NCBI GenBank assembly: GCA_039591655.1
Contig: JBDHDE010000010.1
Location: 1-60,004, forward strand
DNA length: 60,004 nucleotides
Reading direction: 5' to 3'
Source: Gemmatimonadota bacterium
GTDB taxonomy: Bacteria; Gemmatimonadota; Gemmatimonadetes; Gemmatimonadales; GWC2-71-9
Notes under the pieces: model-generated
Seen by the model: only the letters and a program-made list of their open reading frames with translations
Databases searched by the model: none
What the model was told of the DNA's origin: nothing
Translations under genes and position numbers: made by a program
Shown here: positions 19,245 through 29,099 of the stretch, one piece after another
Position numbering within the stretch: position 1 is the first letter of the stretch
Layout of the letters: each line of letters opens with the position of its first letter

Positions 19245-20075
19245 GTGCGCCGCCTGCGTCGGCGGCTGGACCGGATGAGGAGGGACATCGTGGGACTGAC
19301 GGGAGCTACGGAGCCACGGGAGATGGCCCGGGCCGCCGAGCGCTACTCTCGGCTCCCGCACAGGGACGCAGAGTGCTTCAGCGGCTACGGTATCTGGGCG
19401 CTGCCCTTCGCGTCGGGCCATATCCTCGCGCTCCGGCGGTTCCCGGAGACGTCCATCGGGGGCTACACCTCGGTGTGGCACCGCACGCCCGACGGTGTGT
19501 GGACGTTCTACGCCGACGGGGGACCGGCCCGGACCTGCGCCCGGTTCTTCGGCAGCGAGGTCGACCGGAATGTGGAGACCGAGGTCGCCGTGAAGTGGAC
19601 CGGGCCCGCCCACCTCTCGATCCGGGTGCCGGCGGCCGAGCTCGAGTGGGAGGTCCGGTTCTCTGCGACCCCGGCCACCCGTCTGATGAATGCCGTGTGC
19701 CGCTTGCTTCCGGAGCGGCTGTGGCGCAGCGAGCGCGTGCTGGCCTGGCTGGCCGGCCTGGCTGGCCGGCTGCTACAGTCGGGCAGGATCGGCATGACCG
19801 GGCGGGTCTGCAACGGCCAGCGGTTCTGGAACAACCCTCGGGCGATCTGGGTCGTGGACGGCAGCACCGCGCGGCTGCGCGGTGAGGATCTCGGGCCCAT
19901 CGGGCCGGTGGACCCTCAGGCCCATTTCTGCGACTACTGGCTGCCGCAGCGCGGTGTCCTGGCGTTTGGCGAGGCCTACTTCGAGCCGTTGGATCTCAGC
20001 AGGCATGCGGTAGCCACGAGCAAGGACGACACCGGGAGGCCGTCGGGGCGGCTCTCGGGGGCGAAGTCCCTCTAG
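19245..20075 (+). CDS. Hypothetical protein
   Basis: 276 aa ORF with globular, aromatic-rich composition (LPFASGHILALRRFP...SVWHR); start may be 19275. Confidence 0.65.
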   Translation: MRRLRRRLDRMRRDIVGLTGATEPREMARAAERYSRLPHRDAECFSGYGIWALPFASGHILALRRFPETSIGGYTSVWHRTPDGVWTFYADGGPARTCARFFGSEVDRNVETEVAVKWTGPAHLSIRVPAAELEWEVRFSATPATRLMNAVCRLLPERLWRSERVLAWLAGLAGRLLQSGRIGMTGRVCNGQRFWNNPRAIWVVDGSTARLRGEDLGPIGPVDPQAHFCDYWLPQRGVLAFGEAYFEPLDLSRHAVATSKDDTGRPSGRLSGAKSL

Positions 20076-20965
20076 GTAGCCTGGGCCAGGGCCGCGGCGC
20101 TACGGAGAGCAGGTGCGGCCGGGTCGCCGCCACCCTCTCGCTGCGCCGCTTCCCATCCCACCATCGCCTGCTTGCGTGCCGTACCCCAGCGGTAGTTGCC
20201 GAACGCCCCCGATTCCCGGATGACCCGGTGGCAGGGGATGAGATAGGCGATGGCGTTCTGTCCCACCGCGCTGCCCACGGCCCGGTACGCCGCCGGATGG
20301 CCGATGCTGCGGGCGATGTCCCCGTAGGAGACGAGCGCGCCAGGTGGGATCCGTAGCAGCGCCTCCCACACCTTGATCTGGAAGTTCGTGCCCCTGAGGC
20401 TCAGCGTGAGCGGTGGGCCCGCGCGGTCCCGCTCGAATACCCGGGCCGCGGTGTCCGCGGTGCCGGCCTGATCCCGCTCCAGGGCCGCTGCCGGCCAGCG
20501 CCGCACGAGGGTCTCCAGGACGTCATCCCGCTGGGACCGATCGGCGAACGCCAGGCCGCAGATGCCGCGCTCGGTGAGGGCCAGGAGACACTCGCCGAAC
20601 GGGGTGGAGTGGAAGCCGTGGCGGATGACCAGGCCTTCGCCCGACTGCTTGTACTCTCCCGGCGTGACCGCCTCTACCGCCACGAAGAGATCGTGCAGGC
20701 GCCCCGGTCCCGAGAGCCCGCTGTCGTAAGCGGTGTCTAGAGCGCTGCGGCCGTCCCGCAGCGCCGCCTTGGCGTGCTCCACTGTGAGGAACTGGAGGAA
20801 GCGCTTGGGGCTCACCCCCGCCCAGCGCTTGAACAAGCGCTGGAAGTGGAAGGGACTCAGGCCCACCGCTGCCGCCAGCTGCTCGAGCGACGGCTGCCGG
20901 CGGTAGTGCCGTTCGAGGTAGAGAATGGCCTGCCTGATCCGCTCGCCGTCCTGGATGGTCATCAC
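20072..20965 (-). CDS. ada: AraC-type HTH / O6-methylguanine-DNA methyltransferase fusion (Ada-like)
   Basis: LSPFHFQRLFKRWAGVSPK HTH; GTNFQ..VW, IPCHRVI active site; no N-terminal Zn domain. Confidence 0.88.
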   Translation of the reverse strand: MMTIQDGERIRQAILYLERHYRRQPSLEQLAAAVGLSPFHFQRLFKRWAGVSPKRFLQFLTVEHAKAALRDGRSALDTAYDSGLSGPGRLHDLFVAVEAVTPGEYKQSGEGLVIRHGFHSTPFGECLLALTERGICGLAFADRSQRDDVLETLVRRWPAAALERDQAGTADTAARVFERDRAGPPLTLSLRGTNFQIKVWEALLRIPPGALVSYGDIARSIGHPAAYRAVGSAVGQNAIAYLIPCHRVIRESGAFGNYRWGTARKQAMVGWEAAQREGGGDPAAPALRSAAALAQAT

Positions 20966-21041
20966 TCGCTCCGTCAGGTCAATCCGCAGGAGCCAAGTTC
21001 TCAGCCTCGGGGCCTACGCTCAATCCGATTCTTGCTGCGGC

Positions 21042-21992
21042 TCAATCCACGGCCGCGGAGTCCACCGGCTCTCCGAAGGCGGACAGATCCAGTTGCAGCA
21101 GCTCGAGCCCGTCCAGGCTCACCCGACCGTAGCGCACCATCCAGTGGAGGTGGGGACCCGTCACCCGGCCGCTGGCGCCGATCCACCCCACCAGCTGGCC
21201 CGTGTTCACCGTGTCGCCCTCGGCCACCTCGATGCGGCTCAGGTGCAGGTACGCCGTGACCAGGCCCCGGCCGTGGTTCAGGTAGACCACGCTCCCGTTG
21301 TAGTAGAAGTCCCCTACCAGTGCCACGACACCCCGGTTCGCCGCCATCACGGGGTCGCCCCAGTCGCCGTCCAGATCCACGCCCAAGTGGCGGCTCTGGA
21401 GCTCCCCGTTGAACTCCCGGCCGGTGCCGAAGGGGCTCGTCACCCTCCCGCCTGCCGGGCGCACGAAGTCGCCGCGCCACAGCCGGGCGGTCTCGTGGGC
21501 GCGCTGGTACACGGCACGGGCGGCAGCGCGCTCCCGGTCAATCCGTTCCCGCAGCGCCGAGTCGGGCTGCTCCACGAAGCGCCGGTCCACCGTCAGGCGC
21601 TCCACGGGGAAGTCGCCGTCTCTGACCGGGATGCGCGCGAATCGGTGCTCCGGTTCCCCCTCGGGGTAGGTGATGGTCAGGGTGAGGGGGATGCTCTCCG
21701 GGGCGGAGACGGGAATACCGCCCAGAGCGTGCCATCCGCCGCGTCGCGCGGGTTCGAAGTGCAGCGGCTGCCCGGCGAGAGAGCCTTGGATCGCTACGGG
21801 ATGGCTCCCGCCTCCGGCGGTGTCGGGCCGGATGAGAATCTGCACCGGGGACCCCTGCCTGGGTCGAGGCGGGGCCCAATCGATCGCTGCGGCGGAGCGC
21901 TCCGCCGGACCGCGGGCGGCAGCCAGGACCGCCACCATGGCCCCGAGCACGGTTGCCCCACCAGCAATCGAGCGAGTGGAGAGGATTGGCAT
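21042..21992 (-). CDS. M23 family metallopeptidase
   Basis: HLGVD, YLHL, TGPHLHW motifs; N-terminal signal/anchor. Confidence 0.9.
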   Translation of the reverse strand: MPILSTRSIAGGATVLGAMVAVLAAARGPAERSAAAIDWAPPRPRQGSPVQILIRPDTAGGGSHPVAIQGSLAGQPLHFEPARRGGWHALGGIPVSAPESIPLTLTITYPEGEPEHRFARIPVRDGDFPVERLTVDRRFVEQPDSALRERIDRERAAARAVYQRAHETARLWRGDFVRPAGGRVTSPFGTGREFNGELQSRHLGVDLDGDWGDPVMAANRGVVALVGDFYYNGSVVYLNHGRGLVTAYLHLSRIEVAEGDTVNTGQLVGWIGASGRVTGPHLHWMVRYGRVSLDGLELLQLDLSAFGEPVDSAAVD

Positions 21993-22071
21993 GGGCCGAA
22001 AGATAGCAGCTCCTGGGGCGCTGCTCATGCCCGGGGGCCTAGCGTGTGGCCGGGAGTGACAGCTGGGGCTG

Positions 22072-22560
22072 CTAGAAGTCGAAGCCGACGCTCAGCCGGT
22101 AGACGCGGCTGCTGGAGCCGGATCGGAGCATGTGCTCGATGGCCTTGGAGCCCGTGAAGGACTTCAAGGCGTTCCCGATCCCGAATGACACCGGAACGCG
22201 GGGGAGCTCCACCGCCTTCTCCGACGGCGATCCCGGCGCCAGGCTCAGAGAGAGCGACTGGACCAGCGGGGGTGGCTCCGATGCGGCGGTGAACTGGGCT
22301 GCCGGCCCGGGACGCGCCGCTAGCAGCTGCTCACTAACCATGGCGAAGCGCGCCTCCTCCAGCTGTGCCCACTCAGATACCTGCCGCACCGCGGGCTGTG
22401 GCATGGGCTGGTCGACCGCGCGTGCCACCGGGACCAGCGCAGGTTGCGCCGAGCTCTGCCACTGGGCAGACGAGGCCTGCTGCGCGGCTGCCGGAGTGGC
22501 CAGGGCGACACCCGCCAAGATGGCCCCGGCGGCTACCGTTATGCGTGAGTGCACGGTCAT
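22072..22560 (-). CDS. Hypothetical secreted protein
   Basis: Signal peptide ending AAA-Q; C-terminal YRLSVGFDF resembles a terminal beta-strand. Confidence 0.5.
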   Translation of the reverse strand: MTVHSRITVAAGAILAGVALATPAAAQQASSAQWQSSAQPALVPVARAVDQPMPQPAVRQVSEWAQLEEARFAMVSEQLLAARPGPAAQFTAASEPPPLVQSLSLSLAPGSPSEKAVELPRVPVSFGIGNALKSFTGSKAIEHMLRSGSSSRVYRLSVGFDF

Positions 22561-22651
22561 GGTGAGTAGGTCCTACACACATGAACCCAGAACAGGTCCC
22601 TCGGGTTTCCACCGGCAACAACCCGGTGTGGACTGAACCCTGGCCGCCCTG

Positions 22652-23383
22652 TCAGCCCGCGGCTAGCTGGCGCGCCTCGGACCCGCCTGGGTCCACTGCG
22701 CCGAAGCGGCGCTCCCGGCGGCCGAACTCCGAGAGGGCCAGCGCCAGGTCCTCCCGCCGGAAATCGGGCCACAGCACGGGCGTATAGAGGAACTCGGCGT
22801 AGGCCGCCTCCCACAGCATGAAGTCCGACAGGCGCTGCTCGCCGGCGGTGCGGACTATGAGATCCGGGTCCGGCATGCCGTTGCAGATGTGCCGGTGCAG
22901 TTCCTGGCTGGTGACGGCCTCGGGCGCGAGCTCGCCACGGGCCACCCGCCTGGCTACCTCCTGGGCGGCCTGGGCGATGGCCCACCGGGCGCTGTAGTCG
23001 ATGGCGAGGCGCAGGTGGAGGCGGTCTCCCGCCGCCGTCGCGTGCTCCGTCTGCTCGAGTTGTACCAGGGCGGACCCTGGAATGCGGTCCCGCCGCCCCA
23101 CATGGGTCACCCGCACCCCGTTCTCCGCCAGCTCGGCGCGCTCCCGCCGGCAGTACTCCCGGAGCAGCCAGAACAGCCGTCCCACCTCACTGGGTGGGCG
23201 CTTCCAGTTGTCGCTGGAGAAGGCGTACAGGGTGAGCGTGGTGACGCCCAGGTCCGGCGCGCCGCGCACCACGTCACGCACGCTGTCGACGCCGGCCAGG
23301 TGACCCCGCCACCGGGGCTTTCCCTGCTGCCGGGCCCAGCGCCCGTTCCCGTCCATGATGATTCCGACGTGCAGCCCGCTCAT
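22652..23383 (-). CDS. uppS: cis-prenyltransferase (undecaprenyl diphosphate synthase family)
   Basis: HVGIIMDGNGRWA, YAFSSDNWKRP, PDLIVRTAGEQRLSDFMLW. Confidence 0.95.
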   Translation of the reverse strand: MSGLHVGIIMDGNGRWARQQGKPRWRGHLAGVDSVRDVVRGAPDLGVTTLTLYAFSSDNWKRPPSEVGRLFWLLREYCRRERAELAENGVRVTHVGRRDRIPGSALVQLEQTEHATAAGDRLHLRLAIDYSARWAIAQAAQEVARRVARGELAPEAVTSQELHRHICNGMPDPDLIVRTAGEQRLSDFMLWEAAYAEFLYTPVLWPDFRREDLALALSEFGRRERRFGAVDPGGSEARQLAAG

Positions 23384-23703
23384 GTCCGCTCCAACGCGTC
23401 CCGCGCTTCGCTCAGGATCGCTTCCATCTGTTCGAGGTATGCCTCCAGGGCCCGGCGGCCCCTGGGTGTCAGCCGGTACTCGGTCTTGGGTTTCCGGTCC
23501 TCGAAGCCCTTGCTCACCTTGATGTAGCCGGCCTCCTCCAGCTTCCGGGCGTGGACGCTGAGGTTGCCGTCGGTGGTGCGCAGCACCGCCTTCAGGTCCG
23601 CGAAGCTCATATGCTCGTCGGCCGCCAGGGCTGAGACGATGCCCAGGCGAATGCGCTCGTGGATGAGCCGGTCAAGGGCCTCGGTCGTGGAGCTAGCCGC
23701 CAT
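23380..23703 (-). CDS. Winged-helix transcriptional regulator (HTH_34/MarR-like)
   Basis: LDRLIHERIRLGI, TDGNLSVHARKLEEAGY, T.Y.LT..GR. Confidence 0.9.
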   Translation of the reverse strand: MAASSTTEALDRLIHERIRLGIVSALAADEHMSFADLKAVLRTTDGNLSVHARKLEEAGYIKVSKGFEDRKPKTEYRLTPRGRRALEAYLEQMEAILSEARDALERT

Positions 23704-24274
23704 GCCGCAAGATGATGTCGAGGCCCACCGCCAGGTGGAGCCCGCCGAAGCCCACCGCCAGGAGTGCCAGGCCATACTCCGGTCTGAACAGCGCGACGGC
23801 GCCGAGGATCAGGAACAGGATGCCCATCCAGCGAATGGCGCGGATCGAGAAGGTGCCGCCGGCGGTCACACCGGCGCCGTAGAGCGCCAGCCAGGTGCCC
23901 GGCAGGAGGTCGGAGGCGTTCTGCTGCGCCAGGGCAAAGGTGAGGAGGCCGCCCGCCGCCAGGGCCGGGGTCATCACCCACGCCAGCTTCTGGATCGCCC
24001 CTGACCAGATGGGCACCTCCAACCGGCGCGCCTTCGTCACGTTGAACACCGTTGCAATGGGCACCGAGATCAGCGCCGCTGGGATCCACACGCGGAGGTC
24101 GGAGCCCAAGTTGCCGCTCCATGCCAGCGATGTCGCCAGTAGTCCCACGACGCCCACGGCGATTAGCCCCCAGCCCGAGACGGCCGTGAAGCTGGTCGCC
24201 GACTCCATCGTGCGCCGGATGAACGCCAGGGTCTCCTTGGCGTGCTCCTGCTGCTCATGCGTTGGAATGGCCAC
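23693..24274 (-). CDS. Hypothetical integral membrane protein
   Basis: LAFIRRTME N-terminus, about six TM helices, FGGLH; GTG start after GGAGGAG RBS; overlaps the wHTH gene. Confidence 0.8.
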   Translation of the reverse strand: MAIPTHEQQEHAKETLAFIRRTMESATSFTAVSGWGLIAVGVVGLLATSLAWSGNLGSDLRVWIPAALISVPIATVFNVTKARRLEVPIWSGAIQKLAWVMTPALAAGGLLTFALAQQNASDLLPGTWLALYGAGVTAGGTFSIRAIRWMGILFLILGAVALFRPEYGLALLAVGFGGLHLAVGLDIILRHGG

Positions 24275-24306
24275 GTCTCCTCCCCGGGGGCAGGCTCGGG
24301 TAAAGG

Positions 24307-24346
24307 ACTTTGTAGAGTAAAGTAGAGTGGCTGGCGTGAGGCGCAA
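24307..24346 (-). promoter_or_regulatory. Putative promoter (TTGCGC-N16-TACTTT) with overlapping operator ACTTT-N7-AAAGT
   Basis: AT-rich palindrome at 24307-24323 overlaps the -10 element, upstream of an operon encoding a wHTH regulator. Confidence 0.55.
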
Positions 24347-24445
24347 GTGAGGGAGATCACGCTGCTCCGGATGGGCAGCGGAGGGGTCAGGCCGGCATGA
24401 CCCCCGCCCCCGGGCCGGAGCAGGGGACGCCGGCGCGCTCGAGGG

Positions 24446-24475
24446 TTGAATCCCCCACGGCCGCCGGGTTAGAAT
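24446..24475 (+). promoter_or_regulatory. Putative sigma70 promoter TTGAAT-N18-TAGAAT
   Basis: Near-consensus hexamers about 40 nt upstream of the ABC ATPase start. Confidence 0.5.
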
Positions 24476-24514
24476 GCGGCCCGACTTCGGCTCACTGCGA
24501 ACCCGCTGGAGAGT

Positions 24515-25456
24515 ATGTCGCTGCTCACTCTCAACAACGTCACCAAGCGCTTCGACGGCGTGACCGCCGTGGACGGCGCGAGCTTCTCGGTGGACCGCGG
24601 CGAGGTCGTCGGCTTCCTCGGCCCCAACGGGGCGGGGAAGTCCACCACGATGCGGCTCATCACCCAGTTCTACGAGCCCGACGGGGGAGAGATCCGGTTC
24701 GACGGAGTGCCCCTGGCGGAGGCCGGCCGGGCGGCCAAGCGGCGCATGGGCTATTTGGCCGAGGACAACCCGCTATACGACGAGATGCTGGTTGCCGAGT
24801 ACCTCGAGTTCGTGGCCCGGTTACGGGACATCGCGAGTGCCGAGGGCGCCGGAGCGCTGGACGAGGCGGTCGAGCGCACCGGCATCGCGGAGGTTTTCTA
24901 TCGGCCCATTGGGGAGCTCTCCAAGGGATACCGGCAGCGGGTAGGTCTCGCGCAGGCGATCGTCCACCGGCCCGACCTGCTGGTGCTGGACGAGCCCACC
25001 GAGGGTCTCGACCCCAACCAGCGCGTGGAGATTCGCCGCCTGATCAGCGAGCTGGGCCGGGAGCGCACGGTGATCCTATCCACCCACGTGCTCTCGGAGG
25101 TGCAGCGCACCTGCTCCCGCCTGCTGGTCATCCATCGCGGTGGCCTGGTGGCCGACGGCCCCGTCGAGTCCCTTGCGGCGGACGCTCGGGGGGCAGTCCA
25201 GGTGGCTGTCGAGCTGGTGGGTGACGGCATCGTTGAGGCGCTCCGGGGGCTCGACGGCGTGCTGAGCTTGGAGGGGCCCCGGCCCATGGCCGGCGACCGG
25301 GTGGCGGTCACCCTCTCCATCGACCGGTCCCGCGATCTGAGGCCTGCAGTGTTCGCATTGGCCAAGGAGCGGGGCTGGACGCTGTACGAGCTCCACCAGG
25401 AGACCCGCAGTCTGGAGGATCTGTTCCGGCAGCTCACCGGGGGGGACGTCGAGTGA
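24515..25456 (+). CDS. ABC transporter ATP-binding protein (GldA-like)
   Basis: GPNGAGKST, LSKGYRQR, LDEPTEGLDP, STH. Confidence 0.93.
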   Translation: MSLLTLNNVTKRFDGVTAVDGASFSVDRGEVVGFLGPNGAGKSTTMRLITQFYEPDGGEIRFDGVPLAEAGRAAKRRMGYLAEDNPLYDEMLVAEYLEFVARLRDIASAEGAGALDEAVERTGIAEVFYRPIGELSKGYRQRVGLAQAIVHRPDLLVLDEPTEGLDPNQRVEIRRLISELGRERTVILSTHVLSEVQRTCSRLLVIHRGGLVADGPVESLAADARGAVQVAVELVGDGIVEALRGLDGVLSLEGPRPMAGDRVAVTLSIDRSRDLRPAVFALAKERGWTLYELHQETRSLEDLFRQLTGGDVE

Positions 25457-27696
25457 TGTTGAGCAACGTCTGGACCCTGGCCCGCCGCGAGCTGCGCTCG
25501 CTGTTCGACCACCCCACGGGGTACATCCTCCTGGTGGTGTTCCTGGGGGTCAACAACTTCCTCTTCTTCCGGAACGCCTTCCTCACTGGAGTGGCGTCGC
25601 TCCGGCCGATGCTGGACCTGCTGCCCTGGATCTTCCTCTTCTTCGTGCCTGCGGTGACGATGCGTGCCCTGGCGGAGGACGCACGGACGGGGACGCTGGA
25701 GGTGGTGCTCGCCCAGCCAGTGACCGAGCTCGAGCTGGTATTGGGCAAGTACCTGGGGCAGCTCTGCTTCATCTGGATTGCCCTCGCCCTCACGCTGACG
25801 ATTCCCGTCGGCCTATCTCTCGGCGCCAACCTCCAGGGCGGGATCATCGTGGCACAATACGTGGGGGCCACGCTGCTCGCTGCGGGCCTCGCCGCCGTCG
25901 GGCTGTGGGCGTCCAGCGTGACACGGAACCAGATCACCGCCTTCATCGTGGGCGTGACGGTGATGTTCATCCTCATACTGATCGGTGCCAGCCCGCTGCT
26001 GACCGGGCTACCGGTGGGGCTCAGCGCCATTGCGGCCAGCCTCTCGGTCCTGCCGCATTTCGAGAACATCGCGCGAGGTGTCATCGACCTGAGGGACGCG
26101 GTCTACTTCGTTACGTTGGCGGCGCTCTTTTTGGCCCTGGTGTACCTGGCGGTGATGGAACGGAAGCTGTCGCCGGCCCGGGCCGCGCGCCGCCGGCTCC
26201 GGCTGGGCACCGCCCTCGTGGCGGCGATCCTCATCGTGCTCAACCTCTTCGGGCGGCACATCGGCGGGCGCCTCGACCTCACGCCGGGCAAGGCGTACAC
26301 CCTGTCCGGCGCCACCAAGGAGCTGCTGGGCGACCTCGACGACCTCATCACCATCAAGCTGTTTGTCTCGGAGAGGCTTCCGCCCGAGATCTCCATCGTG
26401 AGGCGCGACATCAGCGACCTACTCGACGACATGCGGTCGGCCGGGCGGGGCAACGTTCGGGTGGTGGAGCTGGATCCCTCGGACGACTCGGATGTCCAGA
26501 CCGAGGCGCGCTCCCTGGGCATCCCGGCGATCCGGTTCAACGTGATCGGAAGGTCGGAGCTCCAGGTGCAGGAGGGCTACATGGGGATCGCCGTACAGTA
26601 CGCCGACGGCGTGGAGGCGATCCCCTTCGTGCAGCGCACCGACGATCTGGAATACCGGTTGGTGTCCTTCATCCGGATGCTCACGCGCTCGGAGCGCCCG
26701 GCGCTGGCACTCTTCACCCCGCCGCCGGATCAGGCTGGCGGCAGCGCGTTCAACCAGCTGCGCCAGGAGTTGGAGCGCAACTACGAGGTGCGCAGTCTCA
26801 GCCTCACGGACAGCGCTCCCATCGCCGAAGACATACGGCTGCTCGTGGTGGCAGGCGTCGCCCCGGCCGTGCTGGACACCCCGCAGGTGGACCGGTTCAC
26901 GGGCTTCCTCCGGCGGGGCGGTAGTGCGCTGGTGATGGCCAGTGGGATGACGCTCCAGCCGCAGGGGCTCATAGCTTCGGCCCGGCCCGTGGGCTGGAAC
27001 AGCCTGCTGTCCGGCTACGGCATCACCATCCGTCCGGACATGGTGTACGACCTCACCTCCAACGAGACGGTGTCGATGCCTGCCGCCCTCGGGCGGGTGA
27101 TGGTGCGGTACCCCTACTGGGTGCGTGCGCTCTCCACCCGAGCCACGCCGGTCAACTACGATATGGAATCCATGGTCCTCCCCTGGCCGTCGAGCGTCGA
27201 CACGTCGAACGCGACCCCCGGCAGCGTGACTCCGCTGTTCACGACCAGCAGGACCGGTGGTCGCGAAGCGGGGCGGGCAATCGTCGCACCACAGCGCGAT
27301 TGGCCGCGGGATTCGCTGGGCGTCCAGCTGCTCGCGGTGCAGGTCAACCCCCTGGCGGTCGATTCGGTGGGTGATCTTCGGGGGCGGTTGGTCGTGGTGG
27401 CCACCGGCGACTTCGTCGCCGACCGCTACGCTCAGAACACACCGGGGGGGCTGCGCTTGGCGCTCAACGCGGTGGACTGGCTGGCGCAGGACGAGGCGCT
27501 GATCCAGATCCGCGCCAAGGACCGGCGGCCGCCGCCGCTGGTCTTCGAGGGCGCCGTCGAGCGGGATGTCGTGAAGTACGCCAATCTGGTTGGTGTGCCT
27601 GTGCTCCTCATCGCCTTCGCGTCCTTGCGCTTGTGGCGCCGGCGACGCCGCACGACGCGGGTATACCGGCCTCATGCGGCGGCGGATGCCACATGA
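25453..27696 (+). CDS. Fused ABC-2 permease (GldF-like) + GldG-like auxiliary component
   Basis: ARRELRSLF..P.GY, TMRALAED.RTGTLE, GKYL; then DLTPGKAYTLS..TKELL, NAVDWLAQD..LI.IRAK. Confidence 0.85.
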   Translation: MMLSNVWTLARRELRSLFDHPTGYILLVVFLGVNNFLFFRNAFLTGVASLRPMLDLLPWIFLFFVPAVTMRALAEDARTGTLEVVLAQPVTELELVLGKYLGQLCFIWIALALTLTIPVGLSLGANLQGGIIVAQYVGATLLAAGLAAVGLWASSVTRNQITAFIVGVTVMFILILIGASPLLTGLPVGLSAIAASLSVLPHFENIARGVIDLRDAVYFVTLAALFLALVYLAVMERKLSPARAARRRLRLGTALVAAILIVLNLFGRHIGGRLDLTPGKAYTLSGATKELLGDLDDLITIKLFVSERLPPEISIVRRDISDLLDDMRSAGRGNVRVVELDPSDDSDVQTEARSLGIPAIRFNVIGRSELQVQEGYMGIAVQYADGVEAIPFVQRTDDLEYRLVSFIRMLTRSERPALALFTPPPDQAGGSAFNQLRQELERNYEVRSLSLTDSAPIAEDIRLLVVAGVAPAVLDTPQVDRFTGFLRRGGSALVMASGMTLQPQGLIASARPVGWNSLLSGYGITIRPDMVYDLTSNETVSMPAALGRVMVRYPYWVRALSTRATPVNYDMESMVLPWPSSVDTSNATPGSVTPLFTTSRTGGREAGRAIVAPQRDWPRDSLGVQLLAVQVNPLAVDSVGDLRGRLVVVATGDFVADRYAQNTPGGLRLALNAVDWLAQDEALIQIRAKDRRPPPLVFEGAVERDVVKYANLVGVPVLLIAFASLRLWRRRRRTTRVYRPHAAADAT

Positions 27697-28607
27697 CGGC
27701 GAAACAGCTGCGGCACATCGCCATCGCCCTCGTCGCGGCCCTGTTTCTCTGGGGCCTGGCCGAGGTCATCGGCGGGGGCGGCGAGGAGATCGAGGAGTGG
27801 GAGGTGCTCCCGTCGCTCACCGCCGCAGAGGTGGACACGATCGAGTTCGCCCGCACGGACGACACCGTCCGTCTCGTGCAATCGGCCGCGGGCGGGTGGA
27901 CCGTGAACGGCTACCCGGCCTCCGAGAGTGGCGTGGAGGAGTTCTTCCAGGCCACCGCGGAGCCTGTCGCGGCCGGCCTCGTGGCTCGGAGTGCCTCCTC
28001 CCACGAGCGGATGGGGGTGGACTCGGCTGCTGCCGCGCGGTTCCGGGTCGTGGGGTCAAGTGGCGTCGTGGTGAACCTGCTGGCGGGCCGACAGGGCCGG
28101 CAGGCCCAGTCGGTGTACGTGCGGCCGGAAGCCGAGGAGAAGGTGTACCTGCTGCGCGGCGGGCTGGCATCGCTGTTCGGTCGCACGGTGACCGACTGGC
28201 GCGAGAAGTCCATCGCGAGGGTGGAGCCGGACAGCATCGCCCGCATCGAAATGGAGCACGGCGCCGTGGCGTATGCGCTGGAGCGGGGCGATACGGGTTG
28301 GACCTTCGCCGATGGCACCATGCCCGACCCGACGAGGGTTAGAAGGCTCCTCAGCGCCCTCGGTCGGGTGGAAGCCCAGGGAACCGCGTTCGCCACGCCC
28401 GCGGAGGCCGACTCGGCCGATTTCGTGACCCCGGACCGGCGTCTCACGGTGCTAGGCGTGGCGGGCGATACCCTGGCCGCGCTGGTGTTCGACTCCACCG
28501 AGGCGGGGTATTGGGTGCGGTACGCCGCCGGCGGGATCGTGTACCGGATGTATGGCTGGGGGGTGGACGACATCGTGCCGGCGCCGAGCCGGTTGCAGGG
28601 ACAGTAG
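27693..28607 (+). CDS. DUF4340-like domain protein
   Basis: ATGA-coupled to the GldFG gene; N-terminal TM; YVR...VYL...DWREK motif; typical position in Gld-like operons. Confidence 0.7.
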   Translation: MTAKQLRHIAIALVAALFLWGLAEVIGGGGEEIEEWEVLPSLTAAEVDTIEFARTDDTVRLVQSAAGGWTVNGYPASESGVEEFFQATAEPVAAGLVARSASSHERMGVDSAAAARFRVVGSSGVVVNLLAGRQGRQAQSVYVRPEAEEKVYLLRGGLASLFGRTVTDWREKSIARVEPDSIARIEMEHGAVAYALERGDTGWTFADGTMPDPTRVRRLLSALGRVEAQGTAFATPAEADSADFVTPDRRLTVLGVAGDTLAALVFDSTEAGYWVRYAAGGIVYRMYGWGVDDIVPAPSRLQGQ

Positions 28608-28762
28608 CCCACGCCCGACCCGGGGCGCCCCGCCCCGCCATTTCTCACTAACAACTCATCGGCGTCCGCGCCGTCGCCACGCTGGCCCGAGGGGTCGCGG
28701 AGTCCCATGTTATGCGCAGTGCGGCCTCGGGTGGGGCCGCGCCAACCGAGAAGGGGGTGAGG

Positions 28763-29026
28763 ATGAGACGGATAGGGTTCTCACTGGTTGCGGCCTGCTT
28801 CCTGATGCTCGGCTGCGGTGACTCCGACGAGGCCGCCGATGAGGCCCGCGAGATGCCGCCCGCGGGCGCCATGTCGCTCCTCGAGATCGCGCAGATGCTC
28901 GACAGCGCGGGTTACGGACCGATCCTGGAGATCGAGTTCGATGACGGCGTGTGGGAGATGGAGGGCTACATGGATGGGGAGTACGTGGAGATCGAGCTCG
29001 ACCCCATGTCGGGTGAGACGCGCTAG
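28763..29026 (+). CDS. PepSY-like domain lipoprotein
   Basis: Lipobox LMLGC; EIEFDDGVWEMEG...EIELDP.SGE. Confidence 0.7.
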   Translation: MRRIGFSLVAACFLMLGCGDSDEAADEAREMPPAGAMSLLEIAQMLDSAGYGPILEIEFDDGVWEMEGYMDGEYVEIELDPMSGETR

Positions 29027-29099
29027 GGCCCGGAGCCGTGAAGACTCGAGCGGCCCACGGCGCCTGAGACGGCTGCGGGTCTGTGAGGGGCGGAAGTAG

